From Escherichia coli (lineage in GTDB: Bacteria > Pseudomonadota > Gammaproteobacteria > Enterobacterales > Enterobacteriaceae), in assembly GCF_009931435.1 (NCBI RefSeq), contig NZ_CP043414.1: 64,000 nucleotides of DNA. One strand, 5' to 3'. The stretch's first letter is position 1. Every line of letters starts with the position of its first letter. The notes beneath the pieces were generated by a model. It had not been told where the DNA came from, ran no database searches, and saw nothing but the letters and a program-made list of their open reading frames with translations. Shown here piece by piece: positions 23,907-35,193 of the stretch. Position numbers and translations under genes: made by a program.

Positions 23907-24070
23907 GAACGAGTATTGAGATGGCACATAGCCTTGCTCAAATTGGAGTCAGGTTTGTGCCAATACCAGTAGAAACAGACGAAGAATTTCATACGTTAGC
24001 CACATCCCTTTCACAAAAGCTGGAAATGATGGTGGCGAAAGCAGAAGCAGATGAGAGAGACCAGGTATGA
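23879..24070 (+). CDS. Lambda orf63-like small protein
   Basis: 63 aa, matches recalled lambda orf63. Confidence 0.6.
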   Translation: MHKASPVELRTSIEMAHSLAQIGVRFVPIPVETDEEFHTLATSLSQKLEMMVAKAEADERDQV

Positions 24071-24150
24071 CAACCACTGAATGCATTTTTCTGGCAGCGG
24101 GCTTCATATTCTGTGTGCTTATGCTTGCCGACATGGGGCTTGTTCAATGA
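24067..24150 (+). CDS. Candidate 27-aa hydrophobic peptide (MTTTECIFLAAGFIFCVLMLADMGLVQ), translationally coupled to neighbours
   Basis: ATGA overlaps at both ends (24067 and 24147); not in the ORF track. Confidence 0.35.
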   Translation: MTTTECIFLAAGFIFCVLMLADMGLVQ

Positions 24151-24362
24151 CACCTCAGCAAGAAAACGCCCTTCGCAGCATTGCCCGTCAGGCTAATTCT
24201 GAAATCAAAAAAGCCAGACAGCATTTTCCGGATAAAAACGTCGATGACATTTGCCGTAGCGTACTAAAGAAGCACCGCGAAACGGTAACGCTGATGGGAT
24301 TCACACCGACTCATTTAAGCCTGGCGATCGGCATGTTGAACGGCGTCTTTAAGGAACGGTGA
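24147..24362 (+). CDS. Hypothetical small prophage protein
   Basis: 72 aa from MTPQQENALRSIARQ; the track ORF starts earlier at 24081. Confidence 0.5.
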   Translation: MTPQQENALRSIARQANSEIKKARQHFPDKNVDDICRSVLKKHRETVTLMGFTPTHLSLAIGMLNGVFKER

Positions 24363-24460
24363 ACATGAAAAGCAAAATCATCAGGGAGCTACAGGCTCCT
24401 TTTTTATTATTCGCATTTACCCTCAAGCGTATTAACCAACAATTCAGGGATTAATGAAAG

Positions 24461-24679
24461 ATGGCAGACATCATTGATTCAGCATCAGAAATCGAAGAAT
24501 TACAGCGCAATACAGCAATAAAAATGCGTCGTCTGAACTACCAGACTGTATCCGCAACTCATTGTTGTGAGTGTGGCGATCCGATAGATGAGCGAAGACG
24601 CCTGGCTGTTCAGGGTTGTCGGACTTGTGCGAGTTGCCAGGAGGAGATCGAACTTAAGAACAAACAATGGGGACTGTGA
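24461..24679 (+). CDS. TraR/DksA-family C4 zinc-finger protein
   Basis: 72 aa with CxxC-N17-CxxC (CCECGDP ... CRTCASC). Confidence 0.7.
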   Translation: MADIIDSASEIEELQRNTAIKMRRLNYQTVSATHCCECGDPIDERRRLAVQGCRTCASCQEEIELKNKQWGL

Positions 24680-24726
24680 TGGCCTCAAAGCAGCAAATTT
24701 CAACATCGTCCAACTGAGGTGTAAAA

Positions 24727-25005
24727 ATGTTCAGAATCATTTTTCCTAACACCTGGTACGTCGACCACCACGGCACTCCCTGCAAAATCCTGCGTTCTAC
24801 CCACAACAAAGTTCACTACATCCGAAAAGGCAGAACATGTATCGCCAGCATGTTCCGCTTTAATCATGACTTTGAACCTGTGAATAAAGCTGATGCAGAT
24901 CGGATAGCAGAAGAGATCGAAACGGCAGAACACATTAAGAAGTTACGTGACATGCGTTCAAAAAGCAGAGGTAACCATGGAATCATACAGCCTCACACTC
25001 GATGA
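24727..25005 (+). CDS. Hypothetical prophage protein
   Basis: 92 aa ORF upstream of xis. Confidence 0.4.
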   Translation: MFRIIFPNTWYVDHHGTPCKILRSTHNKVHYIRKGRTCIASMFRFNHDFEPVNKADADRIAEEIETAEHIKKLRDMRSKSRGNHGIIQPHTR

Positions 25006-25348
25006 GGCCTGTCAGTTTCTTAAGATATCCAGACCAACCGCCACCAACTGGATACGAACAGGCCGCCTACAGGCAACACGTAAAGATCCAACCAAGCCAA
25101 AATCTCCTTACCTCACAACACGGCAAGCCTGCATTGCGGCGCTTCAGTCTCCGCTGCATACTGTCCAGGTGAGCGCGGGTGATGGCATAACAGAGGAAAG
25201 AAAATGTCACTCTTCCGCAGAAATGAAATATGGTATGCCTCGTATTCGCTCCCGGGCGGGAAACGAATTAAGGAATCTCTTGGCACAAAGGACAAGCGGC
25301 AAGCTCAGGAGTTGCACGACAAGCGAAAAGCAGAACTCTGGCGAGTAG
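24977..25348 (+). CDS. xis: Putative excisionase; 3' end uncertain, ORF overlaps the int start
   Basis: ORF directly upstream of int with HTH-like N-terminus ([26 protein letters not shown]); possibly a pseudogene as in K-12 xisD. Confidence 0.45.
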
Positions 25349-26367
25349 AAAAGCTAGGGGATTTACCTGATGTCACTTTTGAAGAGGCCTGCCTAAGATG
25401 GCTTGAGGAAAAAGCTGATAAAAAATCTCTCGATTCAGATAAAAGCCGGATTGAGTTCTGGCTTGAACATTTTGAGGGTATAAGGCTTAAAGATATCTCG
25501 GAGGCAAAGATTTACTCTGCTGTAAGCAGAATGCATAACAGAAAGACGAAAGAAATATGGAAACAGAAAGTTCAGGCCGCCATCAGGAAAGGTAAAGAAC
25601 TGCCTGTTTATGAACCAAAGCCAGTATCAACTCAGACAAAGGCAAAGCATCTTGCCATGATAAAGGCCATTCTCCGTGCTGCAGAACGCGACTGGAAGTG
25701 GCTGGAAAAAGCGCCTGTCATCAAGATACCAGCGGTCAGAAACAAGCGAGTCAGATGGCTGGAAAAGGAGGAAGCAAAACGCCTTATTGATGAGTGCCCC
25801 GAACCACTGAAATCTGTCGTCAAGTTTGCGCTGGCAACTGGTCTGAGAAAGTCGAACATCATAAATCTGGAATGGCAACAAATCGACATGCAGCGACGAG
25901 TTGCCTGGGTGAATCCAGAAGAGAGCAAATCAAACCGCGCCATTGGTGTGGCGCTGAACGATACCGCCTGTAAAGTGTTGCGTGATCAAATAGGCAAGCA
26001 TCACAAATGGGTGTTTGTACATACCAAGGCGGCTAAGCGAGCAGATGGAACATCAACGCCTGCGGTCAGGAAGATGCGCATCGACAGCAAGACATCATGG
26101 CTATCAGCTTGTCGTCGTGCAGGAATTGAAGATTTCCGTTTCCATGACCTCAGACACACCTGGGCAAGCTGGCTGATTCAGTCAGGCGTCCCATTATCAG
26201 TGCTTCAGGAAATGGGCGGATGGGAGTCCATAGAAATGGTTCGTAGGTATGCTCACCTTGCGCCTAATCATTTGACAGAGCATGCGAGGAAAATAGACGA
26301 CATTTTTGGTGATAATGTCCCAAATATGTCCCACTCTGAAATTATGGAGGATATAAAGAAGGCGTAA
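25204..26367 (+). CDS. intD: Tyrosine integrase (DLP12 IntD-type)
   Basis: 387 aa; C-terminal R...HxxR...Y catalytic region; adjacent to tRNA-Arg. Confidence 0.95.
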
Positions 26368-26382
26368 CTGATTGAATTGTAA

Positions 26383-26459
26383 TGGCGCGCCCTGCAGGAT
26401 TCGAACCTGCGGCCCACGACTTAGAAGGTCGTTGCTCTATCCAACTGAGCTAAGGGCGC
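26383..26459 (-). tRNA. argU: tRNA-Arg (anticodon UCU), argU; phage attachment site at its 3' end
   Basis: 77-nt reverse complement gives acceptor stem GCGCCCU/AGGGCGC, anticodon loop CUUCUAA, T-arm GGTTCGAATCC, 3' CCA. Confidence 0.95.
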
Positions 26460-26701
26460 GTTGATACCGCAATGCGGTGTAATCGCGTGAATTATACGGT
26501 CAACCCTTGCTGAGTCAATGGCTTTTGATCTGGTTGCTGAACAAGTGAACGACCGCGTCTGATTTTCTGATTTATTTCGCTATAGCGGCAAACAAACGTA
26601 CACCGCTGCGCGTCTGAATCAAGAAAACCCGTATTTTCATGTATCAAAGTACAATTTCCCGCCCTAACGGAAAATTGTCCGATCCTATGAGACTGATAAC
26701 T

Positions 26702-27334
26702 ATGAAACCAACGTCGGTGATCATTATGGATACTCATCCTATCATCAGAATGTCTATTGAAGTTCTGTTGCAAAAAAACAGTGAATTGCAGATTGTCCTG
26801 AAAACGGATGATTACCGCATAACCATCGACTATCTCCGAACCCGTCCTGTTGATTTAATCATTATGGATATAGACTTGCCCGGTACAGACGGTTTTACCT
26901 TCCTGAAAAGGATCAAACAAATCCAGAGTACAGTGAAAGTATTATTTTTATCATCGAAATCAGAATGCTTTTATGCTGGCAGAGCGATACAAGCTGGTGC
27001 TAACGGTTTTGTCAGTAAATGCAATGATCAGAATGATATTTTTCATGCCGTTCAGATGATTCTCTCTGGATACACTTTTTTTCCCAGCGAAACGCTCAAC
27101 TATATAAAAAGCAATAAATGCAGTACGAATAGTTCAACGGTCACTGTGCTATCTAATCGTGAAGTGACCATATTACGTTATCTGGTTAGTGGATTATCTA
27201 ATAAAGAAATTGCCGATAAGTTATTACTTAGCAATAAAACAGTTAGTGCGCATAAATCTAATATTTATGGCAAGCTAGGTTTGCATTCAATTGTAGAGCT
27301 TATCGACTACGCCAAATTATATGAATTAATATAA
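26702..27334 (+). CDS. fimZ: LuxR-family response regulator FimZ
   Basis: 210 aa from MKPTSVIIMDTHPII; receiver domain plus C-terminal LuxR HTH. Confidence 0.9.
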   Translation: MKPTSVIIMDTHPIIRMSIEVLLQKNSELQIVLKTDDYRITIDYLRTRPVDLIIMDIDLPGTDGFTFLKRIKQIQSTVKVLFLSSKSECFYAGRAIQAGANGFVSKCNDQNDIFHAVQMILSGYTFFPSETLNYIKSNKCSTNSSTVTVLSNREVTILRYLVSGLSNKEIADKLLLSNKTVSAHKSNIYGKLGLHSIVELIDYAKLYELI

Positions 27335-27336
27335 TA

Positions 27337-27852
27337 TTAATTATAATTGATCATGAATATCGCATCCGCTTTCGCCACACCTGGTTGGACACCGCTGGCT
27401 AACGCTCGATAATTGGCAAAAAAGTTTAGCGTTACATTGCCATTTGCATCTACCTCCTCAGTCGGGCTCGCCTCGCCCAGCGCAAGCCGGGAGCGATCGC
27501 TCTTGCGTAATTCGATGGCGACGGTTTGTGCCATTGCGGGATCGTCCAGGGCCAGCAGGTTGGCATCGGATGCCGGCGTTCCCGTAAATAAAATCGCGAC
27601 TGATCCCGGAGGACATCCTTCCAGGCGCAGACTAAAAGGAACAAGTGCCGTGGTATCGCCAGCGGCCAGCAATTGTGTCGTGGGCCATCTGCCTAAATCT
27701 ACCGTCTTATCAACATCCGCTGTGTTTACGGTACAGGAGAAATCAACAACGTTACCGTGCAAATTGATATTAATCGTTCCTAAAGGGTCAGCTGCCCATC
27801 CACTGGAACTCCACAGTAGCCCGCAGAAACAGCTAAAGATTACTCTTCTCAT
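27337..27852 (-). CDS. sfmF: Fimbrial-like protein SfmF
   Basis: 171 aa from MRRVIFSCFCGLLW; fimbrial subunit features. Confidence 0.8.
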   Translation of the reverse strand: MRRVIFSCFCGLLWSSSGWAADPLGTININLHGNVVDFSCTVNTADVDKTVDLGRWPTTQLLAAGDTTALVPFSLRLEGCPPGSVAILFTGTPASDANLLALDDPAMAQTVAIELRKSDRSRLALGEASPTEEVDANGNVTLNFFANYRALASGVQPGVAKADAIFMINYN

Positions 27853-27862
27853 TCTCCGTACC

Positions 27863-28870
27863 TCATTGATAATCGACGCGTAAATACCCCAGCGCGCTAA
27901 ACGGTCCTTCGGCAGGTTTTTGACCAGTAATACTGATAGGCCAGGCGCGAAGTGTGACATTGGCTGCCGCAGCTGCATCCAGACGGAAAGGAATAACGCT
28001 ATTGAGATCGTTAGGCGTGATCGGCGTATCGTTCTGATCGGCGACAATAAAACCTAAATCCTGATTGTCCGACACCATCGCCTGACCAGAAACGGCACTG
28101 GCTTCCAGACGCATTGTTAAATAAGCCTGCGCAGCAACATTCGTACATTTGATCGCAATATTCTTGGTTTGTGGCATGACACCATTAGGTCGATTCCCCG
28201 GCCCTGCCGCACTAAATAACGATGCACCGATATCACCAAAATCAAATTCAACAATTTGCCCGGCATTTAATTCGCAGTTTTGCGGTACTTCAACCCGGCC
28301 ACCAAAACTAATGGTATAAACAGGTGTAACCAACGGATCGTAAGGCGTTGATGTCACATACACGGTAAACATCACCTGTCTGGGGATCTCCACCATGTTA
28401 ATAAAAGGACGAATAACCTTTAAACGAAATATCAAACGAGAATCCATCACCCCGAACGGAAGGTTTTGCGAAACGTTAGGATCTGTTCCCATACGGATAT
28501 AATTTTGCGGGGGAAACTGAATATCCATCACGCTATCAACCAGACTCATCGCACCTAATAGATAATCATTTAATTGCATATATTTATAATTATCGATAGT
28601 TTCCTGAACAACAAAGTTGGTGACATAACTACGGTATGTATAATTCACCAGCGTGCCGGGTGGGCAAATTGCTGACACACCTACCCAGCCGGATTTTTCC
28701 GGTAAAACAACAATCTGACCTGGCTGGTTATTGGTGCTATTAAAGACATTTGAGAGATCATAGTGTTCATCTTCTGCTACGCCAGTACTATTTGCACAAA
28801 CAGTAGCCCAGGATATGTTTGTTAACCACAAACATGCCATTGCCAATAATGACCTGCAGATTATCTTCAT
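27863..28870 (-). CDS. sfmH: Fimbrial adhesin-like protein SfmH (start codon uncertain)
   Basis: 335 aa ORF with signal peptide, after the usher gene. Confidence 0.8.
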   Translation of the reverse strand: MKIICRSLLAMACLWLTNISWATVCANSTGVAEDEHYDLSNVFNSTNNQPGQIVVLPEKSGWVGVSAICPPGTLVNYTYRSYVTNFVVQETIDNYKYMQLNDYLLGAMSLVDSVMDIQFPPQNYIRMGTDPNVSQNLPFGVMDSRLIFRLKVIRPFINMVEIPRQVMFTVYVTSTPYDPLVTPVYTISFGGRVEVPQNCELNAGQIVEFDFGDIGASLFSAAGPGNRPNGVMPQTKNIAIKCTNVAAQAYLTMRLEASAVSGQAMVSDNQDLGFIVADQNDTPITPNDLNSVIPFRLDAAAAANVTLRAWPISITGQKPAEGPFSALGYLRVDYQ

Positions 28871-28882
28871 TGATAATTTCCT

Positions 28883-31492
28883 TTATGAGCCAGGATGTGT
28901 GCAAACTGCCGAAATAACAGTGACGGCTTGCTGTAAGCTTTGCTTCGGCAATACATAGTGCGCAATGCAACGTGAGTTCGCGCCGTCTCCCCACTGAACC
29001 AGTAATTCACCAGACAATGGCGCACCACTTAAATAAACTTGCCCGTCATCACCCACCATACTGGTTATTCCGGTACTGTTTTCCCGTACCAGTGATCCAA
29101 ACGGCACCGGTTTTCCGCCCTGGGTAACGGTAATGAGCGCCCGCACGCCTATGCGGGTATCAAAATTGGCACGAACCAACGCGCCTTGCGTCGGCACAAC
29201 GCTGCTAATATTTTTTTCAACATCAATGGAATTCCCCATCGTATTGGTATCAAGCGCGATACGGTTATACCGATAAACCGTGGCATACGGCATCACCGCA
29301 TAGCCGCGCCAGTCGGTTAAAATTCCAGTTTGATTTTCAATGCGTACACCGCCTGCGCCAGGCGCTTTAATCAAAACATTGGTATCCCCTAAAGGCTGGC
29401 TCAGCGTTATACCATTTTCATGCCCGACCACACCGCCAGACAGCTGCCAGTTAACGTCATGTTGATCGCGGTCGTAGTTATACCCGACCCCCAGCGTACC
29501 GTAAGCGGCCTGCCAGTTTGCCGTGGCGCTGCCCGTGTACCCATTATTCGAGGTATCGCCCTGGCTTACGTGATAACTCAGGTTGTGGCCTTCCAGTAAG
29601 GTCCCTCCAACGCCTGCCAGCCAGCTATTTTGCCCGTTGCTGTTACGGTTGGCGTTAAAGGAGGCATAAGCGCGATCGAGCGCATTTTCCCGGGTGTAGC
29701 GACGTTTGGTCAGAACATTGAAAGGCACTGAAACATTAAGTCCGACAATACGTTCGTTATCGGGGATCCCTACAGATTCATTCCACGAAAATGAGAGTGA
29801 ATAACTGATGCCAACCCAGCTGCTGGTATACCCCACCTGATACCAGGTATCTGAATCCGAAGTATTCCAGTATTTTTGATGGGTACCAGAAATATAAAGC
29901 GAGCCAAAGTCATTAAGTGATTGTGAAATATTTAACTGCAAACGGTCTTTACGACTAAAGCGTAAATTGTGGTAATTCACGATTATCGGTTCATCGCGAT
30001 GCTCACCGTCATAATCGTAATCATATTCGTACCCCTCCATTCGACGATACGCAACATCATCAAGGGTATAAAAACCTTGTGTCGAATAGCGGTAACCCAT
30101 TAACTGAAAATTGGTGCCGAAAGTGTTCATTGATTTCGCATAGAGGAAGCGAATGGAATCCCCCTCATGACGACTGTCGTCGGCTAACTGACTGCGCGCA
30201 TGCGTTACATCCAGCGACACTGCGCCCCAGTTCCCGAGGTTGCGCCCCAGCCCTAACAAAAAGGCGGTGTAATTTGCAGATAATTGCGTCCCGCCGTAGG
30301 CAGTAAATTCCTGTGGTAAACCGCCGAGTGCCGTGCCCTGAAAAAAGAAAGGCGACGATTGCTGACTATTACCGCTACGAAAATCGCCCGCCGTCAGGTC
30401 AAATTTGAAACGCCCTTCGCGTTGTAAAATTGGCACTGTTGAATACGGAATAGTGTAATTCTGCTGATTACCATCGCGCTCATCGATGGTGACGTCCAGA
30501 TCGCCATTTGAAGATGTCGGGTGCAAATCTGTAATTTCGAAAGCGCCGGGGGAAACATAGCTTTGATAGATAATAAAACCATTTTGCCGAATCGTTAGCT
30601 GGGCCGCCGTACGGGCAATCCCACGTACCGTTGGGGCAAACCCTTGCTGGCTATCTGGATACATATTATCAGAAGAATAAAGCCGTACACCTCGAAATCC
30701 GACGCCATCGAAAATATCACTCCCTGTATTACCGTCTCCCATTACCAGTTCACTTTTCAGCGGAATAATGGCGCGCTGTACCCAGGTGCCAATATTATTC
30801 CACTGTTCTGAATGATATCCATTTCCGCGAAAATAGTTCCAGGAACCATTGTTGCGTAAACGCCACGGGCCAATATTAATCCCACTGAGTTCACTAAAAA
30901 AATAGCTATCGTTACCATTACCTCTGTTACCGGTAAAATTATAATTCAGGAGTAAAGCAGGAATACCTTCATCCCACTCTTCAGGCGGAATGTAACCGTG
31001 AGCGCTACTCAACAACGCTATCTGAGGAATAGTGATGTTCAGGCGCATCGCTGCAAAATCAAAGTTAATTGTGGCATCAGGTACAGCTTTCAGTAAATTA
31101 ATGCATTTATTATTTTGCTGCTGGGCTAACTCGGGGAATGCACTGCTATTAAGGCCAATTCGTTCAAGGAGTGCCTGGTTAAAACAAGGCATTAACCCAC
31201 CTGATTTATCACCTGTATTTACTGTCGTCGATTCAAATACGATATCCTGTGAACCAATGAACTCATCATTACGCCAGAGATCCACCCGATACACACCCGC
31301 AGGTTGATGATTACCTTTCTCAAAGCGCGATAAATCAGCAACGGATGTACCATTCTCTAATAAAAATGCCGGGTTGAAATAACTTTCCGCATAGCTTAAA
31401 AAGGAGGGTAAAATGGCAATAGATGAATAACAAATTCCGGCCAGACACCAGGTATACCTCTGCGGAATATCCGTAGTAGTGGGTATTTTCAT
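28883..31492 (-). CDS. sfmD: Fimbrial outer-membrane usher SfmD
   Basis: 869 aa usher-family ORF. Confidence 0.9.
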   Translation of the reverse strand: MKIPTTTDIPQRYTWCLAGICYSSIAILPSFLSYAESYFNPAFLLENGTSVADLSRFEKGNHQPAGVYRVDLWRNDEFIGSQDIVFESTTVNTGDKSGGLMPCFNQALLERIGLNSSAFPELAQQQNNKCINLLKAVPDATINFDFAAMRLNITIPQIALLSSAHGYIPPEEWDEGIPALLLNYNFTGNRGNGNDSYFFSELSGINIGPWRLRNNGSWNYFRGNGYHSEQWNNIGTWVQRAIIPLKSELVMGDGNTGSDIFDGVGFRGVRLYSSDNMYPDSQQGFAPTVRGIARTAAQLTIRQNGFIIYQSYVSPGAFEITDLHPTSSNGDLDVTIDERDGNQQNYTIPYSTVPILQREGRFKFDLTAGDFRSGNSQQSSPFFFQGTALGGLPQEFTAYGGTQLSANYTAFLLGLGRNLGNWGAVSLDVTHARSQLADDSRHEGDSIRFLYAKSMNTFGTNFQLMGYRYSTQGFYTLDDVAYRRMEGYEYDYDYDGEHRDEPIIVNYHNLRFSRKDRLQLNISQSLNDFGSLYISGTHQKYWNTSDSDTWYQVGYTSSWVGISYSLSFSWNESVGIPDNERIVGLNVSVPFNVLTKRRYTRENALDRAYASFNANRNSNGQNSWLAGVGGTLLEGHNLSYHVSQGDTSNNGYTGSATANWQAAYGTLGVGYNYDRDQHDVNWQLSGGVVGHENGITLSQPLGDTNVLIKAPGAGGVRIENQTGILTDWRGYAVMPYATVYRYNRIALDTNTMGNSIDVEKNISSVVPTQGALVRANFDTRIGVRALITVTQGGKPVPFGSLVRENSTGITSMVGDDGQVYLSGAPLSGELLVQWGDGANSRCIAHYVLPKQSLQQAVTVISAVCTHPGS

Positions 31493-31522
31493 AATTAGCT
31501 CTGATATTGTCAGATGATTCGG

Positions 31523-32215
31523 TTAGTTTAAGTTCACTTCTCTGACCGGGGTTACTGAACCATAATCATTAACGGTCTGAAATTTCAGCTTTCCCTGTAC
31601 TCCTGAGGGTAAGGGAATTTGTGAATTAACTCTGGGTGCAGCCATAGCATTCCCCAACTTTTGGCTGCCCACTTGCAGGTTAACCAGGGTGACATAAAAA
31701 GGTGATGGATTATGAACATTGATATAGTTACCGGATCGCGAAAACTTGAGTGTGTCCGGCGCTTCTGCGGGTAATTCTTGTAGTTGAATTGGACGGAGAA
31801 ATAACTTCATGCGCGATAAAATCGCCAGTTGCAAAACATTCCTGCCGTTCAATGCATTTTTATCTACCGAAGGGATCGTCTTAACATTCATCCAGAACAA
31901 AGACTCACGATCTGCCGCCAGCGGTGGACCGGTGTAAATAATACGCAAGGTATTTTCGCTTTTGGGTTCACTAACAAACAGTGGCGGTGTAATGATGAAT
32001 GACTTTTCTTTTACACCGCTACTGTTTTCAATCCACGAATTGACCAGAAAGCGCTCATTGGTATGGCTATTTCTAATCCATACCGCAGTCTGTTTAGCAT
32101 CAGCGGGATAAATAATACGCGTGGCACCTAATGCGATCCCTCCGGCAGCATGGGCGCTGGCCGAAATGATTAAATAAAATATAATGGGCATCAATAACTT
32201 TATTTTAGTCATCAT
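31523..32215 (-). CDS. sfmC: Periplasmic fimbrial chaperone SfmC
   Basis: 230 aa PapD-like chaperone. Confidence 0.9.
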   Translation of the reverse strand: MMTKIKLLMPIIFYLIISASAHAAGGIALGATRIIYPADAKQTAVWIRNSHTNERFLVNSWIENSSGVKEKSFIITPPLFVSEPKSENTLRIIYTGPPLAADRESLFWMNVKTIPSVDKNALNGRNVLQLAILSRMKLFLRPIQLQELPAEAPDTLKFSRSGNYINVHNPSPFYVTLVNLQVGSQKLGNAMAAPRVNSQIPLPSGVQGKLKFQTVNDYGSVTPVREVNLN

Positions 32216-32434
32216 AGTTAATACGCCTTGTGTATTCCTGACGGCAAAAATAAGGAGTGTAAAGAAATGATTGCTTTGGTTTATTACAACACATCATTCC
32301 CTTTTCATTTAATAAAGCGGCATGATACAAAGTGAGCGTGATTTCGATTTACATTGCCACCATACCGCTTCAGACAACCGGTACATTACTTTGTTATAAG
32401 ACGTGATATATAATTCAAAACTACGTAGTTTTGA

Positions 32435-32977
32435 TTATTCGTATCTCATAATAAAAGTCGCGTCAGCATTTGCTTGCCCTGCTGATGCACTTGTACCGGT
32501 GCCTTTATAACGCGCAGAAAAATGAAGAACGTTGGTCCCGGGGATCAAGTTCTGGTTGGTTGAGAAGCTATTCCCATCAGGTTTGAGAATTGCGGATGTA
32601 TTATCAAGTATTTCAATACCGACACCCGTTGCTGTTGTTGTATTGGTACTGGATGCAATGGCCAATAAATTATCATTGATTGCATCCGCCTGACCAGAAA
32701 ATGCAACGGCAGCATTAGCGGCAACAACAGGATCGCAGTCGTTCAACTGTATAGTGAATGGAATTAATGCAGAGGTATTACCAACAGCATTGAAAATATC
32801 GGTACGATATTGACCGAGTGTGACAACCTGGTCTGCCGAGTCAGTATTCACTGAACAGGCAGCATTCACCAGTTCGCCTTCAAAGTGAATTGTACCGCCA
32901 TCTACAACGGCAGCATAACTACCCGTAGCGGCGAATAGTGCGGCAGCCAGCGCAGACGAAATAAATCTTAATTTCAT
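32435..32977 (-). CDS. sfmA: Type 1-like fimbrial major subunit SfmA
   Basis: 180 aa from [22 protein letters not shown]. Confidence 0.85.
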   Translation of the reverse strand: MKLRFISSALAAALFAATGSYAAVVDGGTIHFEGELVNAACSVNTDSADQVVTLGQYRTDIFNAVGNTSALIPFTIQLNDCDPVVAANAAVAFSGQADAINDNLLAIASSTNTTTATGVGIEILDNTSAILKPDGNSFSTNQNLIPGTNVLHFSARYKGTGTSASAGQANADATFIMRYE

Positions 32978-33448
32978 ATATATTCCTTCAATCTCATTTA
33001 TCGACTCCACATCCGTATATAACCGATTACTTTATTTAAGACACTGATAGTAGTAAAATTCCTTTTTATCCTCTAAGAATGTCTTAATTGAAAATATGCA
33101 CTCTATTCTAAAAAATAGAGAGCCCCGTTAGATGAATATTCCCGCGCAAAATATATTCAACACAAATATAGACCTGAAGCGGTAAATTACCAGGCTGAAA
33201 ATTCTTTTTATATTGTCAGGTATTTCTTAAATTATCTTAATCCTTAGACAAGGAAATAAATCAGTTCCAGATTTACAACGTCATCATGGACGAAAAATGA
33301 AGCTTTCAATCTCAGCGACGGTGCGCCTCACCTTCACAAGAGGTCGCTTCACGCGATAAATCTGAAACGAAAACTGACAGCGCGCCCCGCTTCTGACAAA
33401 ATAGGCGCATCCCCTTCGACCTACGTAACAGATGGAATCCTCTCTCTG

Positions 33449-34315
33449 ATGGCAGCAAAGATTATTGACGGTAAAACGATTGCGCAGCAGGTGCGCTCTG
33501 AAGTTGCTCAAAAAGTTCAGGCACGTATTGCAGCTGGACTGCGGGCACCAGGACTGGCCGTAGTACTGGTGGGTAGCAACCCTGCATCGCAAATTTATGT
33601 CGCAAGCAAACGCAAAGCTTGTGAAGAAGTCGGGTTCGTCTCCCGTTCTTATGACCTCCCGGAAACCACCAGCGAAGCGGAGCTGCTGGAGCTTATCGAT
33701 GCGCTGAATGCCGACAACACCATTGATGGCATTCTGGTCCAACTGCCGTTACCGGCGGGTATTGATAACGTCAAAGTGCTGGAACGAATTCACCCGGACA
33801 AAGACGTTGACGGTTTCCATCCTTATAACGTCGGTCGTCTGTGCCAGCGCGCGCCACGTCTGCGCCCCTGCACCCCGCGTGGTATCGTCACACTGCTTGA
33901 GCGATACAACATCGATACCTTCGGTCTCAACGCCGTGGTGATTGGCGCATCGAATATCGTCGGTCGCCCAATGAGTATGGAACTGCTGCTTGCAGGTTGC
34001 ACCACCACCGTGACTCACCGCTTCACTAAAAATCTGCGTCATCACGTAGAAAATGCCGATCTGTTGATCGTTGCCGTCGGTAAACCGGGCTTTATTCCTG
34101 GTGACTGGATCAAAGAAGGCGCGATTGTGATTGATGTTGGCATCAACCGTCTGGAAAATGGCAAAGTTGTGGGCGACGTGGTGTTTGAAGACGCGGCTAA
34201 ACGCGCCTCATACATTACGCCTGTTCCGGGCGGCGTTGGCCCGATGACGGTTGCCACGCTGATCGAAAACACGCTACAGGCGTGCGTTGAATATCATGAT
34301 CCACAGGGTGAGTAA
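33449..34315 (+). CDS. folD: Bifunctional methylenetetrahydrofolate dehydrogenase/cyclohydrolase
   Basis: 288 aa, [23 protein letters not shown]... Confidence 0.95.
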
Positions 34316-34316
34316 C

Positions 34317-34529
34317 ATGGCGACATTTTCTTTAGGTAAACATCCGCACGTTGAGCTGTGCGACTTGCTGAAACTGGAAGGCTGGAGCGAAAGCGGCGCG
34401 CAGGCGAAAATCGCGATTGCCGAAGGCCAGGTGAAAGTCGACGGCGCGGTTGAAACGCGCAAACGCTGCAAAATCGTCGCCGGTCAGACAGTGAGTTTTG
34501 CAGGTCACAGCGTACAGGTTGTTGCCTGA
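34317..34529 (+). CDS. ybcJ: S4-like RNA-binding protein YbcJ
   Basis: 70 aa from MATFSLGKHPHVEL. Confidence 0.85.
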   Translation: MATFSLGKHPHVELCDLLKLEGWSESGAQAKIAIAEGQVKVDGAVETRKRCKIVAGQTVSFAGHSVQVVA

Positions 34530-34636
34530 TCCCTTTCCCGGCCTGTATCAACAGGCCGGTTCTCTTTTCAGACTTTTGCCCTCTACGCCCCGTTCATCCA
34601 TGCTGATAGCATCGACATTTTGCCGAAGCGACCATC

Positions 34637-35158
34637 ATGCCAACCGTTATTACGCACGCCGCCGTTCCCCTTTGCATTGGTTTAGGGTTGGGTTCGAAAG
34701 TCATCCCTCCGCGCCTGTTATTTGCCGGAATCATCCTGGCGATGCTGCCCGATGCCGACGTATTGTCGTTTAAATTTGGCGTTGCTTACGGCAATGTTTT
34801 TGGTCATCGCGGGTTTACCCATTCGCTGGTGTTTGCGTTTGTTGTCCCGCTGTTATGTGTGCTGATTGGACGTCGATGGTTCAGGGCTGGGCTGATTCGC
34901 TGCTGGCTGTTTTTAACCGTTTCGTTGCTATCGCACAGCTTGCTGGATTCGGTAACCACTGGCGGTAAAGGCGTTGGCTGGCTGTGGCCGTGGTCAGATG
35001 AACGCTTTTTCGCTCCCTGGCAGGTGATTAAAGTCGCGCCGTTTGCATTGTCTCGTTACACCACGCCGTACGGGCATCAGGTGATTATTTCTGAATTGAT
35101 GTGGGTGTGGTTGCCGGGGATGCTACTGATGGGAATGTTGTGGTGGCGCAGACGATAA
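34637..35158 (+). CDS. ybcI: Inner-membrane metal-dependent hydrolase-like protein YbcI
   Basis: 173 aa multi-TMD ORF. Confidence 0.85.
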   Translation: MPTVITHAAVPLCIGLGLGSKVIPPRLLFAGIILAMLPDADVLSFKFGVAYGNVFGHRGFTHSLVFAFVVPLLCVLIGRRWFRAGLIRCWLFLTVSLLSHSLLDSVTTGGKGVGWLWPWSDERFFAPWQVIKVAPFALSRYTTPYGHQVIISELMWVWLPGMLLMGMLWWRRR

Positions 35159-35193
35159 CCGGATGCGAAAACTCGCATCCGGCAATAGCGCAA

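Noticed and set aside
26492-26773. 93-aa minus-strand ORF between argU and fimZ
   Set aside because: Overlaps the fimZ 5' end and regulatory region; no supporting signals
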